NCBI GenBank assembly: GCA_012514635.1
Contig: JAAYZX010000004.1
Span: 42,704 to 106,703, forward strand
Direction of reading: 5' to 3'
Length of the DNA: 64,000 nucleotides
DNA from: Actinomycetota bacterium
GTDB taxonomy: Bacteria > Actinomycetota > Thermoleophilia > RBG-16-64-13
Position 1 is the stretch's first letter. Every line of letters starts with the position of its first letter. Under the pieces are notes generated by a model, which saw nothing but the letters and a program-made list of their open reading frames with translations, was not told where the DNA came from and searched no databases. A program made the position numbers and the translations under genes. This document shows positions 56,956 through 64,000 of this stretch, piece by piece.

Positions 56956-57693
56956 TCAGGCGGGTAGTTCCAGAATACGCAGGAGCGAACGATGGTCCCG
57001 GATGACTGCATCGGCGGGGGGCGGCTCGCGCCTGTCGTCGTAGCCGGCAAAGCGGATGGCCATGATACCCAGGCTCAGTGCACCTGCGATATCGGTACGA
57101 GGCATATCGCCGACGTGGGCGGCCTGCGATGGCGGCACGTCCAGGGCGGTCAATGTCTCTATGAACATGCGGGGATGAGGTTTGGCAACACCTGTTTGAT
57201 CCGAGAACGTGGCTGTGGAGAAGTGCTCCAGCAGACCGTCCCGCTCCAAGAACTGCAGGAGAACCCTACCTGGAGTTAAGCCCGTATCCGATATGATGCC
57301 TAACTTGATACCGGCACCTGCCAGTTGAGGGATGGACTCGGCCGCACCACGCTGCAGGGTCAGGTGGAAGCCCAGTCCCACCTCTTCTACGCAACGGGCG
57401 ACACGATCCACGGTGCCGTCGTCTGGATGTGCGCCGAGACGGTCGAAGATGTAGGACACGTGCTCGTGGGCGCCGAGATGACGTTGCTCCCGCCAGGCCG
57501 CGAGGTACATAGCGAAACCATCTTTATACGCCTCGTAGAGCTCGGAGTTTGAAGGGTTGGCGCCCACGCCGGCTAGGGCGCGGGCCAGGTGATCCAGACG
57601 CCTGCGTGTCAGCGCACGGAAAGCGTGACCCTCGTCTGCGTAGAGGGTGTTCCAGAAGTCAAAAGTGATTGCACGAATTACCATAACGGCCAC
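56956..57693 (-). CDS. HAD-superfamily hydrolase (subfamily IA-like)
   Basis: ITFDFWNTLY (DxD-type motif I variant), GIISDTG and HVGDMPRTDIAGA. Confidence 0.75.
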   Translation of the reverse strand: MAVMVIRAITFDFWNTLYADEGHAFRALTRRRLDHLARALAGVGANPSNSELYEAYKDGFAMYLAAWREQRHLGAHEHVSYIFDRLGAHPDDGTVDRVARCVEEVGLGFHLTLQRGAAESIPQLAGAGIKLGIISDTGLTPGRVLLQFLERDGLLEHFSTATFSDQTGVAKPHPRMFIETLTALDVPPSQAAHVGDMPRTDIAGALSLGIMAIRFAGYDDRREPPPADAVIRDHRSLLRILELPA

Positions 57694-57819
57694 CGCTTCT
57701 GGCGACTTTTTCCATCCATGTCCGCATACGGGCCGGAAAGAGGTGGGCTCCAGTATACCGCTGCGGACGGTTTATAGGGGTGTCAGTGTTAGGGCTCCGC
57801 TGGTAACCTGTTTGTTGCA

Positions 57820-59061
57820 ATGACACAGTCAAGAACAATGAATTCGGCACGCGCCGGCATCGCCGGTACCAGGGTTAAACGAGCGGTCATCACGACACTC
57901 ATGGCGGTGGGTGTCCTGTTGTTGTTTGCCGGATCAGCATCCGCCTTCAGCGACGTGAAACTTAACTCGTATTATGTGCAGATACAGGTTATGTCGCAAC
58001 TGAAGGTGGTCGACGGCTTTGGAGATGGGAGATTCCGGCCGGACGAGCCCGTCACCCGGCAGCAATTTGCCAAGATGCTGGCATTGGCCATGCGCATTCC
58101 TGTAAGCGAAGAAGACGCCTGCCCCTTCTCCGATGTGGCACCATCGGGACCTGGTTCGCTCTACCCGGACAATTACATCGCGGCTCTGTGGCGGGAGAGT
58201 ATCGTGACCGGCGTGACCTCAACGGCCGGTTCCGGCCTATTCAAGCCCGGCGATCAAATCTCCTTGGCGCAACTCATCACCATGTGCACGCGGGCGTCCG
58301 GCCGAAAGCTCGCGGAGCCCTCCTCCTCTTACAAGTGCACCTGGGGTAATTTCGGAGCGCCGCATTGGGCCATAGCACGTACGGCCCAATACAACGGGCT
58401 GTTGCGTGAGATCCCCCTGGCCGGCGTGAACCCGTGGCGTCCCGCCACCCGCGGGGAGGCCGCCGCCCTCCTCTTCAACCTGATGGGCACCGACCCCGAG
58501 GCCGTCTGCGGTTGTTTCCTCGGCAGCTCCTCGGATCTGGTCAAGTACTTCCGTAGCAAAGTGAAGTCGGGTGAGAAGTTTAGCGTGTCGGTGGAGGAGC
58601 TCGCCCGCCTCTACGACGTATATTGCCGCCGCTTCGGCATCCGTGCCGATGTGGCCTGGGTGCAGATGTGCCACGAGACCGCTTTCGGCTGGGCGATCAT
58701 GCAGGGCGATGTCAGGCCGGAGCAGAACAACTTCGCCGGCATAGGCGCCACCGGCGGGGGAGTGCCCGGCAACACTTTCGCCACGGCGGAGTTGGGGGTG
58801 ATCGCTCAGGTCGTGCACCTGGCTTGGTACGTGTACCCTGACCACTTCGACGACCCATACTGCCGGATGGTGGATTCCGAGACGCCCATTACCATCCCCG
58901 GCGATCCGCGCCACTCCAGCAATTTTGGTGGTAACGGTCGTGCCCATTGCGGCGGCGTGCGCACCGTGCTGGACCTATCCGGCAAGTGGGCCACCGGCTC
59001 CGGCTACGGCGCCAAGCTCAAGGAAATGATGGCGCAGGTGCCGGTCACCTGCGGCTGGTAG
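57820..59061 (+). CDS. SLH-anchored cell-wall hydrolase (glucosaminidase / FlgJ-like muramidase domain)
   Basis: Signal peptide ..LLFAGSASA. SLH module FSDVKLNSYYVQIQVMSQLKVVDGFGDGRFRPDEPVTRQQFAKMLALAM. Glucosaminidase-like VAWVQMCHETAFGW..NNFAGIGATGGGVPGNTFATAELGVIAQVVHLAWY. Confidence 0.75.
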   Translation: MTQSRTMNSARAGIAGTRVKRAVITTLMAVGVLLLFAGSASAFSDVKLNSYYVQIQVMSQLKVVDGFGDGRFRPDEPVTRQQFAKMLALAMRIPVSEEDACPFSDVAPSGPGSLYPDNYIAALWRESIVTGVTSTAGSGLFKPGDQISLAQLITMCTRASGRKLAEPSSSYKCTWGNFGAPHWAIARTAQYNGLLREIPLAGVNPWRPATRGEAAALLFNLMGTDPEAVCGCFLGSSSDLVKYFRSKVKSGEKFSVSVEELARLYDVYCRRFGIRADVAWVQMCHETAFGWAIMQGDVRPEQNNFAGIGATGGGVPGNTFATAELGVIAQVVHLAWYVYPDHFDDPYCRMVDSETPITIPGDPRHSSNFGGNGRAHCGGVRTVLDLSGKWATGSGYGAKLKEMMAQVPVTCGW

Positions 59062-59163
59062 GGCCGGGTCGCCTACACTCCCCGGCCCCGACCGAGTATG
59101 GCGACCTCCGCCGGAGAATACACGGCGGAGAACACTCACACTCCCCGTGTCTCCGTGGCCACT

Positions 59164-59850
59164 TCAATCCCAGGTAGCCCGCCCGTCGCCCGTAATGGAG
59201 ATGGTCTCGCCTAAATAGGTGGGCAACGGGTGAATGACGTTGAGTTCCAGCCAAGCTTTGCAGCGGGCCAACCACTCGCGTCCGATCAAAACCCGCCGCG
59301 GCTCGTATCCGGTACAGGGGGCCTCCACCCCTACTGCCTCCAGACCCAGCGCTCGGGCGGTAGCTACCGCCCGATCCAGGTGGAAGTCCTGGGTCACCAC
59401 CAGCGCATCGTGTACCAGGAAAACATCGCGGGCCCGGTACATGGTCTCGTAAGTGCTGAAGCCGGCGTGATCCAGGAACACATCCTCTTCGGGGACGCCC
59501 GCTTCGAGCGCAAAGTGCTTCATGGTGTTGACCTCGTCGTAAGTGGTGCGGCCGTGGTCGCCTGAGAGCAGCAACTTTTTCACTCTGCCCAGGCGGTACA
59601 GCTCGATGCCCGTGCGGAGCCGGTCCGCGAGCATGGGACTGGGGGTGCCGTCGAGATAGGCCTGTGCACCGAGCACGATGGCCACGGTGGCCGATGGGGC
59701 TTCGGTTGGAGATGCCACACGATAGGGTTCGGCTGCACGTATGATGATGGTGTTCGGGAGCGTCACGGCGCCCACTGCCAGGACGGCGAAGATCACGGCG
59801 GCGAGGGCTACGGTCCGAATGGTGGGACGTGTGCGTGCGGAGTTGCTCAT
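59164..59850 (-). CDS. SanA/YdcF (DUF218) family membrane-anchored protein
   Basis: N-terminal TM (VALAAVIFAVLAVGAV) and LLLSGDHGRTTYDEVNTMKHFALEAGVPEEDVFLDHAGFSTYETMYRA, typical of SanA. Start set at ATG 59850. Confidence 0.75.
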   Translation of the reverse strand: MSNSARTRPTIRTVALAAVIFAVLAVGAVTLPNTIIIRAAEPYRVASPTEAPSATVAIVLGAQAYLDGTPSPMLADRLRTGIELYRLGRVKKLLLSGDHGRTTYDEVNTMKHFALEAGVPEEDVFLDHAGFSTYETMYRARDVFLVHDALVVTQDFHLDRAVATARALGLEAVGVEAPCTGYEPRRVLIGREWLARCKAWLELNVIHPLPTYLGETISITGDGRATWD

Positions 59851-59965
59851 GTGGGAATTGTACACGGGGACGAACAAGCAGCCGCCGGGCGGAGCCGTCC
59901 ATAAGGCCCCGCCCCTACGGGTGACCGAACGAGACTCTCCGTAGGGGCGGGGCAGACCGATACTG

Positions 59966-60799
59966 TTACTGGGCCACGTATTGGGCCACCGCGGCGCCGC
60001 CCGCATCGCGCAACCAGAGCGTGTCGCCGTCTATCTCAAACGTGGACGTCTGGGGCAGGGACGCCAGGTAGGCGGCTTCCTGAGCCATGAGATCGTCCGG
60101 TCCTGCCATCTCAGTAACAGCGATCTTGGAGTCGATGGTCATCTGATTTTCACCAGAGGTGGTGTAGGTGGTGGAGTACTGGTTGACGGACGCCTTGCCG
60201 CCCAGGGTTCCGTCTTCGTTGAAAATGGCGGTGATGGTGCTGTCGAGCGCCAACGATTGAAGACCACCGCTGCCATTGTTATAGGCTACCGCATGCCACT
60301 CGGTGGAGGTTAGTTCCGTATCCGGAGTGGACTCGTACTTGACGAGGACCCTGCCCTCGCTATCCAGGAGGGTCAAGGAGTCCTGGTTGACTTCGTAAGT
60401 GGTCGCGTTCTGTATGGCGGCCAAGTATGCCTGTTCCTGGGCCATTGCCTCGGGAGGGCCTGCCATCAGTGTATTCATAGGCCCGCCGATCTCAATGGTA
60501 TTGCCTACGTTGGTGGTGTACGTGGCGTTGTATCTGTTGATGGTGGCGGATCCGCCCATCTGGCCCTCTGTGAACTTGGCGGTAGCTTTGAACTCCTTCT
60601 CCTCCAGGACAGACTCGACCCCGGCGATCTCCGTAGCCCTCCAGGTCTTGCCCTGCAGGGCTTTGGAATCGTCCGCGTCTTTTGCGTCGTTGACGCCGGT
60701 GTCACCGCTGCCGCATGCAGCGACCGCGGCGACCAGTGAAAGGATGGTGACGCTTGTCGCTATCAATACAATCATTCGCTTCGTCGTAAAACGCTTCAT
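59966..60799 (-). CDS. Lipoprotein with two META (HslJ-like) domains
   Basis: GGAGGT upstream of ATG 60799. Lipobox LVAAVAACGSG. Two repeats of the G-x-x-W-x-...-F-x-x-G-x-x-GG-x-A-x-x-N-x-Y-x-x-x-Y pattern. The rest of the 497-codon track ORF (60800-61459) is an artefactual extension. Confidence 0.75.
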   Translation of the reverse strand: MKRFTTKRMIVLIATSVTILSLVAAVAACGSGDTGVNDAKDADDSKALQGKTWRATEIAGVESVLEEKEFKATAKFTEGQMGGSATINRYNATYTTNVGNTIEIGGPMNTLMAGPPEAMAQEQAYLAAIQNATTYEVNQDSLTLLDSEGRVLVKYESTPDTELTSTEWHAVAYNNGSGGLQSLALDSTITAIFNEDGTLGGKASVNQYSTTYTTSGENQMTIDSKIAVTEMAGPDDLMAQEAAYLASLPQTSTFEIDGDTLWLRDAGGAAVAQYVAQ

Positions 60800-61131
60800 C
60801 AAATACCTCCGCCGTATCGGATCGCCGGCAGCTTCGGCCCTTCGACCGACCATGATTCCGGCCTTGTGATCGGGCTTCTCTTGCGACGATCTACCTAGGG
60901 CTTCAGGTTCCTCCAGATGCCGAAAGCGCCGTAGGCATTGACGGCACGGGCACGCCGGGTTGTCTACCTGTCTTGCCTCCATTAGAATGTAAAGCTCCAT
61001 GGCCGGGCCCTCGCACAACTTACTGCAGTTCCGCGCCGGGGCCTGTGCCCCGGTCACGGACTCGTACCTCGTCACCTTGGCAGGTGTAACCTTGTCGATG
61101 GTTATGCCGGCAGTCATTTTCAGTCTGCGAA

Positions 61132-61147
61132 TCCCCCGCTGGGGGGA
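61132..61147 (+). promoter_or_regulatory. C5/G6 palindrome TCCCCCGCTGGGGGGA in the leuC leader (shared with the leuA leader)
   Basis: It ends 73 nt before the leuC ATG. It is followed by GGCGCC-TTCG-GGCGCC (a UUCG-type tetraloop hairpin) and the same AGGTAGA SD-like box as leuA. Confidence 0.45.
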
Positions 61148-61220
61148 TGACTGAAGTACGGCGCCTTCGGGCGCCTCACCACACCGGCAGTAGGCAACCA
61201 CACTCACAAGGTAGACGACT

Positions 61221-62558
61221 ATGGGTATGACCATCACCGAGAAGCTCCTGGCCCGGGCGGCGGGCAGGGAAAGTGTTGCGCCCGGCGATCTCATCATGGC
61301 CCGGGTGGACTTCTGTCTAGGCAATGACATCACGGCCCCCGTGGCCATCGACGAGTTCGAAAAGGCGGGCTTCGACTCCGTATTCGACCCGGGGCGCATT
61401 GCGCTGATCCCCGACCACTTCACCCCCAACAAGGACATCAAGACCGCTACGTTGGTCAAGCAGATGCGCGAATTCGCCGCGCGCCACCATATCGAACACT
61501 TCTACGAGGTCGGCCGGGTAGGCGTGGAGCACGCGCTTCTGCCCGAGTTGGGACTGGTGGGTCCGGGAGATGTCGTGGTGGGCGCCGACTCACACACCTG
61601 CACGTATGGGGCCCTGGGTGCCTTCGCTACCGGCGTGGGTTCCACGGACCTGGCCGGAGCCATGGCTACCGGCGAGGTGTGGTTTCGTGTACCCGAGTCC
61701 ATCCTCTACCGGTTCGACGGCGGGCCGGCTCCCTTCGTTACCGGTAAGGATCTCATCCTTTTCCTGATCGGGGAGATTGGGGTGGACGGCGCGCTGTACG
61801 CGGCCATGGAGTTCACGGGTTCCACCATACCCCATCTCTCGATGGACTCACGTTTCTCCATGGCTAATATGGCTATTGAGGCCGGAGGCAAGAATGGCGT
61901 CTTCACACCCGACGACATCACGCGGGAGTACGTGGAGGGTCGTTTTCGGCGCGATCCCGTCTATCTGGCCTCGGACCCGGATGCGGTATATGTGCGCGAA
62001 TATCAGTGGGACGCCGCGCGCATCCCGCTCATGGTGTCCAAGCCACATCTGCCGTCGAACGCGGTCCCGGCTGAGGACCTGGGCGATGTGAACATCGACC
62101 AGGTGGTGATCGGCAGCTGCACCAACGGGCGGATCGAGGATCTGCGACAGGCCGCCGCGGTGCTGCGCGGTCGCAAGGTGCATAAAAACGTGCGCTGTAT
62201 TGTGCTGCCGGCCACACAGGCCGTGTGGCGGCAGGCAATGAACGAGGGCCTGTTCGATATCTTCGTAGAGGCCGAGGCCGTGGTCTCGGCGCCTACGTGC
62301 GGTCCCTGCCTGGGTGGGCACATGGGTATCTTAGCCGCCGGCGAGCGGGCCGTGAGCACCACCAATCGCAACTTCGTGGGGCGCATGGGACACGCCGCGT
62401 CTGAGGTATATCTGGCCGGGCCGTACGTGGCCGCCGCCAGCGCCGTGGCGGGGTATATTGCCACGCCGCAGCACGTGGGGTTGGAGGAGCCGCTGAAGGA
62501 CGGGGCGGCAGGCGCGGGCAGGACGCCGCCGGCCGGCGTGGAGAGGAGGGCGCAGTGA
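61221..62558 (+). CDS. leuC: 3-isopropylmalate dehydratase large subunit (short, archaeal/actinobacterial-type LeuC/HacA)
   Basis: MTITEKLLARAAG.., GADSHTCTYGALGAFATGVG, IGSCTNGRIEDL and PTCGPCLGGHMG. Adjacent leuD and leuB support the leu assignment over homoaconitase. Confidence 0.85.
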   Translation: MGMTITEKLLARAAGRESVAPGDLIMARVDFCLGNDITAPVAIDEFEKAGFDSVFDPGRIALIPDHFTPNKDIKTATLVKQMREFAARHHIEHFYEVGRVGVEHALLPELGLVGPGDVVVGADSHTCTYGALGAFATGVGSTDLAGAMATGEVWFRVPESILYRFDGGPAPFVTGKDLILFLIGEIGVDGALYAAMEFTGSTIPHLSMDSRFSMANMAIEAGGKNGVFTPDDITREYVEGRFRRDPVYLASDPDAVYVREYQWDAARIPLMVSKPHLPSNAVPAEDLGDVNIDQVVIGSCTNGRIEDLRQAAAVLRGRKVHKNVRCIVLPATQAVWRQAMNEGLFDIFVEAEAVVSAPTCGPCLGGHMGILAAGERAVSTTNRNFVGRMGHAASEVYLAGPYVAAASAVAGYIATPQHVGLEEPLKDGAAGAGRTPPAGVERRAQ

Positions 62559-63124
62559 GCACCATTCGTGGTCGAGCCTGGACTTTTGGGCGGGACGTGG
62601 ATACGGATCTCATCATCGCCGCCCGGTATCTCACAATGAAGACGGCCGAGGAGTTGGCGTGCCATCTCATGGAAGATTGTGATCCCGACTTCGCCCAGAG
62701 TGTGAAGCCCGGCGACATCATCGTAGCCAAGGAAAACTTCGGCTGCGGTTCCAGCCGTGAGCATGCGCCTCTGGCCATCATGGGCGCCGGGGTACCGGTG
62801 GTAATCGCTAAGAGCTTCGCCCGCATCTTTTACCGCAATGCCTTCAATACCGGATTGCCTATTCTGGTGGCACCGGATGCGGCTGAGGCCATTCATCAGG
62901 ACGACGAACTCGAGGTGGATCTGAGGACCGGAACCATCCGCGATCTCACGAGCGGGGTAGACTATCAGGCTGAAGCGCTACCCGACTTCATGCAGGAACT
63001 CGTGGCCGCCGGAGGGCTCCTGCCCTACCTGAAGCAACGGCACGGTGGGCGTGCAGGAAGAACGGAAACGGGAGACACGGCTGCGGCTACTACTGCTGAG
63101 CCTGGTGACGCCGGGAGGGATTGA
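62555..63124 (+). CDS. leuD: 3-isopropylmalate dehydratase small subunit
   Basis: GRAWTFGRDVDTDLIIAARYL, NFGCGSSREHAP. GTGA start/stop overlap with leuC. Gly/Ala/Thr-rich C-terminal tail. Confidence 0.85.
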   Translation: MSTIRGRAWTFGRDVDTDLIIAARYLTMKTAEELACHLMEDCDPDFAQSVKPGDIIVAKENFGCGSSREHAPLAIMGAGVPVVIAKSFARIFYRNAFNTGLPILVAPDAAEAIHQDDELEVDLRTGTIRDLTSGVDYQAEALPDFMQELVAAGGLLPYLKQRHGGRAGRTETGDTAAATTAEPGDAGRD

Positions 63125-63127
63125 GAA

Positions 63128-64000
63128 ATGGGTTATAACATCGCGGTCATTGCAGGTGACGGCACAGGTCCCGAGGTTGTGCGTGAGGGACTCAAGGTGT
63201 TTGCGGCGGCAGCCGACCGCGCCGGTTTCACTTATGAGCTCCAGGAGTACGATTTTGGAGCGGCGCGTTATCTGCGTACCGGCGAGACGCTTCCTGAATC
63301 TGCTCTGGACGAGCTGGCCAAGTACGATGCCATTCTTCTGGGTGCCATCGGTCACCCGGATGTCCCCCCCGGCGTGTTGGAGCAGGGAATTCTGCTCAAA
63401 CTACGTTTCGCCCTCGATCTCTATATCAACCTGAGGCCTGTAAAACTGCTCCCCGGCGCCTGGACTCCCATCAAGGGTAAGGGACCGGCCGACATCGACT
63501 TTGTGGTGGTGCGGGAAAACACGGAAGGCCTATACGCTTCTACCGGTGGCTTTCTTAGGAAGGGCACACCCGACGAAATCGCGGTGCAGGAGAGCGTCAA
63601 CACCCGCAAAGGTGTGGAACGGTGCATTCGGTATGCGTTCGACTACGCCAACCGAGACGACCGTCGTGGGGAGCTTACCCTCTGCGGCAAGACCAACGTT
63701 CTCACCTACGCCTGGGATCTGTGGTGGAGGGCCTTCAACGAGATCGGCGATGCCGACTATGGCCACATTCGCCGCGACTATGCACACGTGGATGCCATCT
63801 GCATGTGGTTTCTCAAGAATCCGGAGTGGTTTGATGTCATTGTCACCGACAATATGTTCGGCGACATCATCACCGACCTGGCTGCCATGGTGCAGGGCGG
63901 CATGGGTGTTGCTGCCGGCGGCAATCTCCACCCGGGGAAGGTTTCCATGTTCGAGCCCATGGGCGGCTCGGCTCCCAAGTACGAGGGAATGAATGTCATC
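63128..64000 (+). CDS. leuB: 3-isopropylmalate dehydrogenase, N-terminal ~290 codons (runs off the right edge)
   Basis: Own translation from ATG 63128: [108 protein letters not shown]. Absent from the ORF track because it is open at the edge. Confidence 0.85.
   Translation, partial: MGYNIAVIAGDGTGPEVVREGLKVFAAAADRAGFTYELQEYDFGAARYLRTGETLPESALDELAKYDAILLGAIGHPDVPPGVLEQGILLKLRFALDLYINLRPVKLLPGAWTPIKGKGPADIDFVVVRENTEGLYASTGGFLRKGTPDEIAVQESVNTRKGVERCIRYAFDYANRDDRRGELTLCGKTNVLTYAWDLWWRAFNEIGDADYGHIRRDYAHVDAICMWFLKNPEWFDVIVTDNMFGDIITDLAAMVQGGMGVAAGGNLHPGKVSMFEPMGGSAPKYEGMNVI

Noticed and set aside
60800-61459. Upstream 220 codons of the 497-codon minus-strand ORF.
   Set aside because: The META lipoprotein has its own SD, ATG and lipobox at 60799. 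The extension overlaps the leuC start and translates to low-complexity sequence.

Overview
GC-rich bacterial chromosomal window with about 60 tightly packed protein genes. I found no rRNA, tRNA or CRISPR array by eye. The gene content (SLH-anchored wall proteins, PimA/PimB-like GT4 enzymes, actinobacterial-type LeuB, stand-alone LigD domains) suggests a high-GC monoderm, possibly a deep-branching Actinomycetota-like lineage; this is inference only. The backbone is a dispersed 2-oxoacid / branched-chain amino-acid supercluster. Two tandem NifV/homocitrate-synthase-like genes (28.0-30.6 kb) head a co-directional gene string. That string also carries a membrane-glycolipid module (GT4, LPG_synthase_TM flippase-like protein, PlsY-like acyltransferase, PimA-like GT4) and an isocitrate/homoisocitrate dehydrogenase. 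It is followed by ilvD, ilvBNC, leuA coupled by a TGATG overlap to acnA, and leuCDB at the right edge. Other content:
- three SLH-domain surface proteins;
- a YedE/YeeE plus TusA-like sulfur or selenium transport pair;
- an in-frame AlkA-Ogt fusion plus a second AlkA;
- a CPC-type heavy-metal P-type ATPase;
- an SMR efflux gene;
- a large DUF360 / alkaline-phosphatase-like / Yip1 fusion protein;
- an FNT channel;
- stand-alone LigD polymerase and phosphoesterase genes;
- MscS, HAD hydrolases, a NYN-LOTUS protein and a META lipoprotein.
Mobile or decayed DNA comprises one intact IS3-family element with 16-bp inverted repeats and a 4-bp target duplication, an IS1380-like transposase remnant, a frameshifted glycosyltransferase pseudogene and a surface-protein remnant. 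I did not find a clear-cut new multi-gene system such as a defence island. The most interesting signals are:
1. a 16-nt C5/G5 palindrome at the same distance upstream of both leuA and leuC;
2. a NifV-like tandem pair whose first copy lacks the family H-x-x-G-x-H motif;
3. a LeuA carrying Met where the conserved Glu of the S-x-E-D motif sits;
4. the leuA-acnA coupling;
5. an uncharacterised three-gene membrane / helical-repeat module next to the IS remnant.
All functional calls come from motif recognition by eye. No database search was run.
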